Shown here one piece after another: positions 33,663 to 45,000 of a stretch of 64,000 bases of DNA. Numbering within the stretch: the stretch's first letter is position 1; each line of letters opens with the position of its first letter. The stretch lies in the NCBI GenBank assembly GCA_964188305.1, contig OZ076886.1. The stretch is one strand, 5' to 3'. Source of the DNA: Podarcis bocagei. Lineage: Eukaryota. Made by a program: the position numbers and the translations under genes. The notes below the pieces were generated by a model, which saw only the letters and a list, made by a program, of their open reading frames with translations, was not told the DNA's origin and searched no databases.

Positions 33663-34476
33663 CTAGATGCAGGTTAGGAGAAAAATAGAGGAGGAGGAGG
33701 TTGGACAAAGTGCTACCTGAACTGAAGGACAGGAAGCAAGTGGGAGGACTCGCAGCGCTTAATCCAGGGGATGCAGAAGCCGTGAGCCAATTCAAGGCCT
33801 CCTATCTCCAGACTGGCATCGTTTAATGAACAACAATAATAAAAAAGTTATGTGGGTCAATGGGAGGTTAAAAATAACTCTAGGCCCACAAGGAGGGTCA
33901 AGTTACAAATGAGAGGGGAGGAGGGCATGGTTTATGTGGCAAGCTGTTTATTTCTAAGGGAATTCAGCAGTGGAGGAAAGGTATTAAGGAAGAAGAGACT
34001 TACAAGGAGAAGCATCCGCTCCCTTTCCCTCTCTTTGTGTGTCTGTCTCTCCTCCCTTGTCAGATCCCAGGAACTCACTGTGCGAGTGGCAGGTTCATCA
34101 CACACACACCCCCGTAGCGGGGAGATGGCTCCCCCCCCAAGCAGGGAGCCATCAAGCAAGCGACCTTCACCCCGAAGGATGTCCCACAGAGTGAGAATCA
34201 CAAGGCAAGCCCCCGCTTAGGTTACCAAGGAGATTGGGGTGGATTTATGATTAACGCAGGCAGAGGAGGAGACTTCCTGAGAGGCACTGGCAGGTATGCT
34301 GTGCTGAAATCTGGGTCAGCGTGACCTGCCTACCACCCCAGTGAGGTAGGGCCAGGAAGGAGACGTTCCGGGTATCTGTCCTGGCTTTAACGGATCACTA
34401 ACCAGGGGACAGAGAAGCAACAACAGGGAAGCAGAGGAGTTCCAGTCGCGACAACGAGGCCTGAGGGAACTCGCCC

Positions 34477-34795
34477 TTTTATACCAGCAGGCAGGGAAGG
34501 CATCATTGCCTGTCAAGCGCCGCTACTCCTTTGCAAGAGATCCTGTCAGATGGACAGGACAGAACCCAAAAAGCAGGAGGAGCAGGCCTCTCTTTCTACC
34601 TGCCTGCCAAGCACCTGGGTAGAAATTAGGCAGAGAGGGCTGCACGCGGCTCCAAGGCCACAGGCTGCCTGTTTACAAGATGTTCATCTTTCCCAGAATG
34701 CTCTGGCAGACTTCAAGGCCTTCTGGAAAAAAACGAACAAGCCTGACGCAGGGAGGGATAAACGTAACCCAGGTGATTCATCCAAGGCCACAGAC
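34477..34795 (-). promoter_or_regulatory. Putative TGFBR3L promoter: TATA box plus NR5A1/SF-1, forkhead, STAT, CRE-like and SMAD motifs
   Basis: TATAAAAGGG on - (TATAAAA at 34477-34483); CCAAGGCCA 34652-34660 and 34782-34790; TCAAGGCCT 34713-34721; TGTTTAC 34670-34676; TTCCCAGAA 34690-34698; TGACGCA 34744-34750; CAGAC 34791-34795. Confidence 0.6.
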
Positions 34796-35079
34796 AAAGA
34801 ATGCACTGCCCCATCCTACACCTCCTGAACAGAGCAGCTGCGGAAGTCTGTCGTAGCAAAAGCAATCAATATAAGGGTCGCATAAGCATGCAGCGGACTA
34901 TACGTTGCATGCTGTCCATTGCATAAGGTGCATGGAAGACCACTGGGCAGTGCTTGGTTACAATTAAGACTGGGTTGGAGAAAGTCTGCATAAGGGATTG
35001 CACAAGTGGTTGTAACTAGATTCACTAGATTTCCAACAGACTCCTGGTATGCCCTATGGAAGACCCTACAGCCTGCAAA

Positions 35080-35532
35080 CAATAACATCTTGGAGGACCC
35101 GGGCCTCAAGGAGGTTAGGCTGGCCTCGAACCAGAGCCAGGGCCTTTTTGGCCCTGGCCCCAGCCTGGTGGAACACCCTGCCGCGAAAGACTTGACATCT
35201 TTCCACAGGGCCTGCAAGACAAAGCCGTTCCGCCAGGCCTTTTGTCAGGGCCCAGTCTGACCCCTCTCCTCCTACAAGACCCTATATATAAGAGGTCTCT
35301 CTAACTCCTCTCACTGGCTCATATAAATAGCTGAGCCTGGTGAGTACCTAAGGTTTCCAACCCCTATAGTCAGAATTTGCCGGTTGCCTTCTGATCTTAT
35401 TTGATTTTAATCCGATTTTAAGCTGTATTTCAGTCAATTGCTGAATTTTATGTTTTAATGTATTTATATTTTGATGTTAGCCGCCCTTAGCCTGGTTATG
35501 GCGGGATATAAATAATAATAATAATAATAATT
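35080..35532 (+). mobile_element. L2-type LINE 3' fragment with (AAT)n tail
   Basis: ccagggccttttt..gccccagcctggtggaac and gttagccgccc..gcgggatataaataataat. Confidence 0.65.
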
Positions 35533-35869
35533 ATCATCATCCTCATCATGCTACAACTGAATATAGAACATAAAACATTTTCCAGATGAGAACCTACAGT
35601 AAGTGTTGCAGACTCCTCAGGCACCCAAAGTTAAGTAGCCTCATGGCTTTTTAAGACTGGCCTGAGGGTGCTCCCACAGGGGCTCACCTGATCCCAGCCA
35701 CTCCAAAGGGGGTCAAAACTCCTATTAATGTTTTACTGGTCATGTCTCTGTTCATGGGGAAATCATGGTATGGATTACTCCTGTGAACCGCCCCGAGACC
35801 TGCGGGTTTAGGGCAGTATATAAATTTGATTAATAATAATAAATCCAACACCTTTAGAGAAAAGAATTT

Positions 35870-38008
35870 TCGACTTCCGGGTTAGCGCCTCCGGCAATGG
35901 CGGATTTCCTCTGATCGGGAGGAATCCGCTTCGTGGAAATCAGGGTCTGGACCGCCACGGCGAGGCAGAGACCCATTAAAAACCACAGGCGGGAGAAGCC
36001 TGTGGACGTGGGATTTGGCTGGCACCTTTTGCGCCTCCCCTACTCGCGGGGAAACCCGGTTTCGGGGATCCGGAGTGACGTGGGGTGAGCGGCGCGGTGC
36101 TTCGAATCGACTGCTCTTTTCACGGAGTGAAGCCGCATTGCTGTTGCCGGAGAGCGCTGACTTTTTCCTGTGGACAATTGGACTTTAAACAACTACCCGT
36201 GAGTAGAACGGAAAATTGGATTATTAAACATCTTAATTTGGCACCGAAGCGGGAAGGTTCCAAACAGGAAGTCCGCCTTCCACTTTTGTAAATAGATTGA
36301 AGCAAAGACATTGCAAGCTAAAGTCTGGAAAGTCTTTTGTAAAGGATTAAACCTCCATTGGCTAAAATTACTAAACCCCCCTTGGAAGCAGGAGAAGAGG
36401 GGGGAAATTTCAGGTTGTTTAAGCCTGCAGGAGAGAGTGAAGAAAGATAAATTACCACCGTTTTGAACCTGGGAACGGGCTGCCAGGAAGCGACGTTTTG
36501 GGAAAGTTCATTGACTGTGAATAAAACGTATGTTGACAGATAGTCAAATAAGAGAAACATATTGATTCCAATGTTTCCTTTTTCACTTAAAAGGAGCAAA
36601 ATATCTGAAAATCGAAAATAACTTTGTTGCTGGACCTGCTTGTAAAAGGACAGATACAAATAGAAATTGTTTCCCCTAGAGGGAGCTTTTGAAACTGTTG
36701 CAGGAGTGGAGCTGGTGAATTCTCCAGCTGCAGAGATTAAAGACCGTGAGAATTAGACATTGATCTTGGACAAGAATGTGGATGAAAGAAGCCTTAGTGA
36801 TTGCTTTTTGCAAGACAAGTGCCTTATTGGAACAGCTTTATGAGAAGATGGATGTGATGATTACTAAAAATGACAACTTTGGACAAAAAATGACTGATTT
36901 GGGACAAAAAGTGAATACTTATACAGAAACCACTCAGGAACTGACCCAGGAATCTGTTTTGACATGGCAAGCTGTGGAGAAGATAAAGGAGGAGGTTGTT
37001 GTTGAACCTCAAGTAATACAAGTGGAGAGAGCCTCGGCCTTGTATGAACATAAGCTGTTGTTTTTGATGACCGAATCTGGAGAAAGCCAGATTTGGAGAG
37101 ATGGAGTCCCACTTGGATTGGAGAAGGAAAGTTGGATAGACCCACTTATGCAGGGACGTTCTGGCTTTTGGGATCTGGTTTTGGGCCGGGGGGAGATTGG
37201 AGTGGTGGGTGCCCTCAACTGTGGAGGAATTTTGAAACATGCTCTGAAATATCCTTTGGATTTTAGTTCTGACTATGGAGAATGGGCTGACCTGTCGAGA
37301 AGGGATAAAGACATTGTTAGGTTGGAGTCTCCCCGAGATCTACTCCTCAGTGCTAAAGGAAGGAAATTAAGAACAAGATCAGCAGAAGACAAAGTAAAGT
37401 GCAGGTATAAATATGAAGATCTGCAGAAGGGACATGGAAGAGAGTTAAGAGCCTCGGACAGAAGGTCACCAGGTTGATGGACTATATGGAATGGATAGAA
37501 AGGACTGACAGAACCCGAGACCAGGGGGAAGAGACGGTGGATGAAGATTGGAAGAAAGTTTTAAAATTTATTTAGAGAAATACTGTAAAATTAATGAGTG
37601 TTAGAAAAATGTTGGAATGAAACTATACGGCTTTAGTAGAAATGTTATAAGGAGTTATGTACAAATAAGTTTTAGGGGTTTTTTATGGTAAGATAAGGTT
37701 AAAATAAATTAAGACAATTAAATGATAGAAAATAGAGAAAGATGGAAAGGATTTGCTGAAATAATTAATAACTAGAATACAAAAAAGGGAGGTGTGAGGA
37801 GGTCGATGAAACAAGTTAATGAAAGATAAAGATATGGAAATATTGGATGGTTTTTTAATTGTTTTTGTTTTTATTTTTGCTTTGATATATTGTGTGCTTT
37901 GTTCTTTTTTTATGTACTGATTTGTATTGTTTAATTTCTTTTTTCTCTCTTTTTCTTACTTTTTTCTGTAATCTTAAATTTTCAATAAATATTATTTAAA
38001 AAAAAGAA
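35870..38008 (+). mobile_element. 2.1 kb non-autonomous L1-like (half-L1) retroelement: CpG-rich 5' end, 233-aa coiled-coil ORF (36776-37477), 3'UTR, poly(A), TSD
   Basis: TSD aaaagaattt at 35860-35869 and 38009-38018; 5' GACTTCCGG..AATGGCGG; AATAAA plus A tail; 3' end shared with 2864-3048. Confidence 0.75.
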
Positions 38009-40009
38009 AAAAGAATTTCACAGGAACTTCATTGCCTTTGAAAACTCAGTAACCCAAAACTGGTTAGTTTGCATACAACCGTTTTATATTAGACTAGAAA
38101 TCCCACGTTATTATTTGTTTCACTCCCTCCCCCTCTATCTTATCCATGGAATTTCTCTCTCTTTTATAAACTTTGTTTATAAGTACATAAGAATGTGGCA
38201 TAGTCATTTCTGGAAAGTATGTCTGAGTGAGCAGAGTTCTCTACTGCAGAAGTGTTTAATTATGGAAGATTAAACGTCAAGCCAGCCCTGCTTTTTATTA
38301 TTGAGGTTCATAGCATCTCTTCCCTTCCCCTACCCCCAAATTGGCCATGAAGTCTCTCTATTCCTTCCTTTCTTGCAAGAACAGTTGTCAGTCCCTCCTT
38401 GCCAATGCCTGATACACTTCTGGGTCCACAGATGGGTGGGGCTACATTGGCCTTTGCCTTTTCATTTGCAGACATGGGAGGAAGGGAGGGAAGGAGAAAA
38501 TATTATAACCACAGAAAGCAGAAAGTTGACCTAAATTGCTGGACAATACAGTGGTAGTGGAATGGAGGAAGTTTTATGGGGTCTCATACAAGGTGGCATA
38601 CACAGCATACATTTAAAGCGCATAACTCTTCCCCCAAATAATCTTAGGAACTGCAGTTTAAGGGAACTGGGTATTGTGATGCCGAGGAATAAACTAGAGT
38701 TCCCAAGATATATATGTCATATAACTAACATGCTAGGAACACAAGGCTCTGGGTTTTAAAAGTATTGTGAAGGTGTAACAAATTACTACTATATTATCTT
38801 TGATTGTAAATGGTGGAGTGCAACATGTTAACTGGACCTTTGTACCTTTGCAAAGTTATGGGCTCAACGGAGCTGGGCTCCAAGGTCATTTTTCAAAAGC
38901 AAACTTGAGAATGGGACCGTTTGAACTGTTGACATGGAAGTGCATGGAAGCAGGTGTGTTCAAAGCCCAGGTACTTATTTAAAGCTCTTATTCTTAACAT
39001 CCGTGTCCTGAATAACGAATTCAAGATGGTGGGAACCAAAGCAGAGTGACCAAGAAACAAGAGGGAGGTTGAGCATGCTCGGCTGAAATCTGCAGATGTA
39101 CAAAAATATCCTTTAAATATAAAATCTAAAGGGGATCCCCTCTTCCCCATCAATACTTAGCTCAGTGAGGACAAAGCATGCTCCCTTGTTGTTGTCAGAT
39201 GGAAATGAAAAATGTGAAATATATGCGGGGAGCAAAGGAATGGCATATCCTGGAGGGAGGGCAAAGCTGACTGGCTAGCTGGAAGTGTGAACAAGAGAGC
39301 TCATGTTAGGGAGGAGAGCGAGCGCCACGTGGCATACAATCCAGAGTAAGGAGTTCTGCTTGCACAATGGAACAGTCCTGCCTCTTCCTCTTCCTGCCTG
39401 CTGTTCTGGAGGTTCTAGAGGAGTGGGGCAAAGCCCTGATGTGCTAGTGACGAGTCCTTGCTCTGGCTTCTGCTAGCATAATGGGTTAATTGAATCTGTA
39501 TCATGTGATCAAGGTCTTCCTGTCCTGAGTCCATTCAGCCTAGCATCCTTCCTACAAGAATCAGATCCTAATAATCAGATGATCTGGCTCAGTAGGGCAG
39601 CTCGTGTTGTCTTTAATAATATGTGGTTCATACTGTTACTAAATCAGATACATTAGCCTAGCCACAAATTGTAAACGTTTTAACATACAGTACTGCATTT
39701 ATGTTAAAACAGTCTTCAAAGAGCCCAGAGAGGAATTTTAGTCTAAATGTACAGTACATGGGAAAACAAACAAGGGCTTTAGCAAACCACAAGCTAAACT
39801 GGAGTCAGAGTTCAATGCAGTGGCTAAAAAGCGTTTCCAAATGGGTTGAGATTCTCTTTTTTGAAGAAAAAAAAACCAAGCAAATGGATCTGTACATTGG
39901 AGGTTTATTTGAATTTTTTTTAATCCTGGGGGGATGTTGTTTTAAAATCTATTTTGTTTTTATTGTATGACTGCAAACTGCCTTGAGGCTTATGTGAAAG
40001 TAGTAATGC

Positions 40010-40420
40010 AACCCTGAGCTGCATCAACAGAAGTTTTGGTGTCCCGTTCAGGAGTAATGGCACCGCTCTAGAATGCTTTGGTTACTTCACCTGAGGAACA
40101 GGGCGCTACAATTTAAGAAAGAGGGCAACAAAGATGATGAGTGAGCCTGAGACCAAGGCTGATGAGGGAAGGTTGAAGGATCTGGTTTGACTGTGTGGGG
40201 CAGAGCGGACATTACATATTTGACAGGTTGCCACATAGATGGAGCAGATTTGTTGCTCCAGAGCATGTAACCCAAATACAACATTAGGAAGAACGTCCTG
40301 AACTGTTTGGACAGTGGACTGCCTCAGAAGGTGGACTCTCATCTATTACAGGTTTTTAAGCAGTTTTTAAGCTATCAGCACTAAATGCACTTTGATGTTC
40401 TTCAAGCTCTTTGATTCTAG
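40010..40420 (+). mobile_element. Old degraded CR1-like LINE 3' relic
   Basis: ctgagctgcatcaacagaag..; aacattaggaagaacgtcctga..ctgcctcagaaggtgg. Confidence 0.5.
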
Positions 40421-41559
40421 CAGCCGGTACAGTAGGTAAAGCTGAGAAACCAGTCCTTCTTGAAAGTGTTCTAAGTGAGCTTCACAGCTGAGCAGGGATT
40501 TGATTCCAAGTCAAGAACAGAAAAGAAAAAGGATAAGAGAGGAAGGCTGTGATAGGAAGACGTAGCAAATGTAAAAGGCCCAGATAGGAGAAATGAAATA
40601 ACTGGCTGGTTTGAAAAGAAAGCTGAAGGAGGATGGGGGAAGAAATTATAGGAGATGGGTAAAAATCCTTTGAGAAGAATGTGGAGGTGGGGAGGGGAAG
40701 ATATAAAAGAATAAGCTTTCTGCATTTTGATTCTGATTCAGCAAATTCTGCCTAAACAGGCTGAGTCACAAAACCTCCAGAGCAAATGTACTGAACTTGA
40801 GGAAAGATGAGCTCCTAGTCACACACAAAATGCTTCAGCAAAGAATTTAGTCAATTTTCTAACATGGATTAGGTATCAGTAAAAACCATCACCAGTAATT
40901 ATCAAATTCTGCTTCCATTTTGTGAGTGGTTCTGCTGCTGCATCACTGTTCGCCACAGCAATTTTCAGCTGTCTCAAGTTAAGGCAAATTGACTATCCAG
41001 GATTCTGGCTTTACGCGCCACCCCCAGAACATAAACCCCATGTAAGTTGAGTCTCACCTTTATGACAATTTTAGCATTTTTACTCTACATGTTAAACAAA
41101 TGCAGGGAACAGGCCAACAGGTCACTGTTTCCCAAGTTTACGACGGATGGCATGTGGCAAATGTATTCAGCACATTACGTTCCAATAGTCAATTTGCATG
41201 ATTTAACGTTGCACCCAGAAACTGCTACGTTAAGTTTTAATTGCAAACTGCTTGGAGGCCTCTGTGCAGCCCAAAGACTAAATATGATTTTCCCTCCATC
41301 TTCAAATTATCAGTTTCCCTTCTTCTTTGAAAGACAAAACAGATACTGCTCAAATTAATGCATTCACCACTTGCTACTCTCTTCTGCTTGTTACAATGTT
41401 ACACATTTTGTGTTTTCATATTGTAAACCACCCTGTAATCTTTGGGTGAAGGACAGTATAGAAATTTTAATAATTAATAATAATACTTACTTATTCCAAG
41501 CTTCAAGTTTGTCAAGATAACTCAGCACTTCCTACCTCTGAAATATCAATCTTTTAGAT

Positions 41560-41912
41560 CAGGAGTGGGAAGCCTTTATTAGCCTGTGGGTCACATCATT
41601 CCCTCCTGGGCGACCTTTGGGGACGGGCAGCAGAGACAATGGGCAGAGGCAAAATGTGGGTGGAACAACAAATGTGAACTTTACCTTTGGACAGTAGGCT
41701 AGCTTCCACATATATATGCAGCCCCTCTCTGTCCTTCATCCATGCAAGAGGGGCTATAAGAATTCAAGGACACATTTCAAAGAGTCAAAAACTAGTAGAG
41801 GAGGATGAGAAGCTGGGCCGGAGTGTGTGTGGACTGGGGAGAGTCCCGAAGGCCAAAGAGAGAGACCTGGAGAGCTGCACTGAGTCCCCTTAGCCTCAGG
41901 TTCTCCACCCAT
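41560..41912. mobile_element. Degenerate hAT-type non-autonomous element
   Basis: caggagtgggaagcct ... aggttctccacccc imperfect TIRs. Confidence 0.5.
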
Positions 41913-42054
41913 TTTAAACCATGATGGAGTCATCTCCCTTAAGGTTGCCGGGATGTCTTTCTTGTTGATTCCAAGCACAAAATGATTCATGACTTAGAAG
42001 TTCATTCTGGGGAAGGAAGTTGCTTTAAAATTGTGCATGAAATGGAAAGAAACA

Positions 42055-45000
42055 GACATTTAGGGAAAGAGTGTTTTATTTTTAAGCTTCTATGAGGGTT
42101 TTTACAAACAGAGTAAAAAAAAAGCTTTTCAAAAGTAAGCAAGAATGTCATTTACCTTATACTATTGTAGGTATGTTTCTAAATCCAAAAGTTCCACTAA
42201 AATTGACCAGACTGGCCTCGCTGCTTGGAGGCAGGCAACTACTTCTGACAAGCTGTTTGGACTGCTGACGGGGAGGTGGGGTGCTGACTAGGAAAAGGAA
42301 AGTCTCTGTTCTAAAATTTGGTGCATGCCAAGTAGTGGGCAGTGAAATTTAGGACAGTGAAATCACACTCAGATGTGACTAGCAATCCATAACTGGAAAT
42401 AAGTGACACTGAACTGTCCTATGTTGCTGGACTGAACCTACAAGGATGGGTCCCATAGGGCACAGAAAGGAGTGTTTCACAAAGACTCTTGAAGACACCC
42501 CAGGGAGATACTATTCTCTTATTATCTTTTAAAATCCAAGGTACAACTGATATTTTAAAAAGGGCAACTGCTTGATTTCTGATTTCTCAGCATGTAGGAA
42601 AATCAATGAGCTCAGCAAATTATCCACTCACCCCCAAAACTGGCCAGAGGGCCTAGGGCACTCTAAGCCTGAAATCATTTAAATTCAAATCATAAATCAG
42701 AACATTCCTCTTCTGAGACAAACTCCAGTACTTACTTTATTGGAACTTACTCAACATGTTATCCCTGGGATAAGCCATTTCTATGCTTTCTGAATGTCAT
42801 TATAACATCTAGCATACTAAGCCACATTAAACCTTTTCTTGCCCGTGACAAATGGCTCTGGGAACAACTGGTGCTGGTGGGAAAAAACCCTCCAACAAGA
42901 TAAAGAGGGTCCATTAACTGGACATTAAACTGGAGGCTAAGTAAGGAGAGCTACTAAGAAAATGGCCTGCTGTGGGGATAGGAAGGAGATGGTTATGCTA
43001 TTAAAAACTCCACAAACTTCCAAACAAATAGCTGAAATACTTTGGTATATAGAGCAGTACTTTCTTTTTGAAATGGTTTGGTTTACAGCACCAATGTGAA
43101 ACTAGAGCCAAATTATTATTTTTTTTAAAAAAAATTAAGAACCACTCTACAGGTAACTATATATATATGGTGACAATTTTGTTGTTTTTAAGAAGCTCCC
43201 CTTAAGCAGGATAAACAAAACAGGACTTCTCTCCAGACCTGATCCCAAAGTTCTCAGAGATAACCATTTCTCCAAACTTCACTGTGTGAGTGTACAAACC
43301 ATCTCTAAAACTAGGATGTGACAGAAACAAGTAATGTGAACTGTCTCTCCTAAGTCCCCTTCCTCTACCTACAGGCACACCCCATCAGTTCATGTTGCAT
43401 ACCAATTCCTATGCTACCATTCTGAAACATTGTGTTCTTGTATTTGGGCAAAATCTACTACAGCTACAGAGGAACAGTATTTCCTCTCTACTTAGGAATA
43501 AAACTCAATATTGACAGAGTGTCTACAGGTTCTCCAGCTCACCTCCTGGTCAATCTTCCTCTTTTACAGGGATATAAATTTTCGACTGTAACTCTTGTGA
43601 ATCAGGTGTTTGGAAAATAACCTAGAACAGCTTGATCTACATTAGAAAAAAAAAATTCTTAAAAGGTAACTGACTAGCATTTGTTCTACATTAAAATTCC
43701 AAAGCCAGCAGGCAAGCATAAATATTCAACTTATCAGCTTAATTATCATTTTAAAGCAAATTTCATGAATTCTTCAACACAGAGTTTGGTCAGTCTGCAT
43801 AATCATGATTCTCTTGATTTCCAGCCTCAGTCCTTCTTCCAATATTACCTATGAGCAACTTCACCGACTCTTAGCCTTATGATATTGAATCCTGGGAATT
43901 TTAAAGTTACATGATTCCAAGACTTCGCGTGCCCAACCACAGCCCGAGTATTTCAAGTCTCTTAGAGAAGAATCAAGCACTGGAATTAATTTGGACTGTG
44001 GTCTGCAACCTGAAATTAAATCTGTTTGTGATGCTCCATTCCTCTACTTTGAGAAAACAGTCTACTCACCAAATACTATAAATGAAAAATACACCCTCCA
44101 TAAGAAGTCAAAGAAAGGGAAGTTTTAAAAAATAAATTAAACACACACACACACAGTTCCCTGTGGGCAATAAATAAATGTGCACAAAAGTGTAGCTTTG
44201 ATTACTTGGAACTAACATGAGGGAGGTTGGTTGAACAAGCAAAGCTAAACTGCTGGCCGTCTGAAACATTCCGACTGCTCACATGAGTACAGCATTGTCC
44301 TGGTGGATGTCCATGATACAAAGCTTCCAGATGTTTCCGTGACGCCGATTTCAGTATAACAGGTCAGCAAAGGAAGATACAGCATTGGAGAAGATGCAAA
44401 TTGGCTACTAGTTCTATGGTGGCTGCAACTCAAGTCAATTTGGCTGCCACCACTCAGAAGCTCTGCTCTCAAACCCCTCTATGAAACTTTGGATCATGCC
44501 CTTTTTAATGAAAAGGCAGAAAAGCAAAAGTTTGGTGGCTACAAAAATAAAACAAAATACAAAAACAAAATCAAGCAGCCCCTAAAGCTTAAGGTGTTCA
44601 GGCAGTCCTGAATCAAGACAAGTGACCAAATTTACAAGTAATCCAAAGTTAAAGTCCCTTTCTGTATAAGATAGAAGTTACTTCTATTTACTTTAACATG
44701 CAAATTTATAATATATGGTATATAGAGAATATAGTGAAATGCTAATGTCTAGAATATAACCATCTACCCAGCTAGTCTCTGCCTTACCTTTGGCATGATT
44801 TTTTTTTTACAGTTTTGTTTGTTTTAAAATCCCCCATTTGAATTGCATGCACCACACGCTGCACACCTGTGCCCCACCCACCCCAATATCCCCACACACT
44901 TTAAGAGCAGATGTCAGGCAGGCGATTGTAAACATTTAGCCATCCAGATTAAAAATAACATTAACAAAGATTTGTTCTAAATTAATACATTAAAAAAATA

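Noticed and set aside
38020-42050. Hidden gene between MAP2K7 and TGFBR3L
   Set aside because: Only short ORFs without coherent splice structure, plus TE relics.
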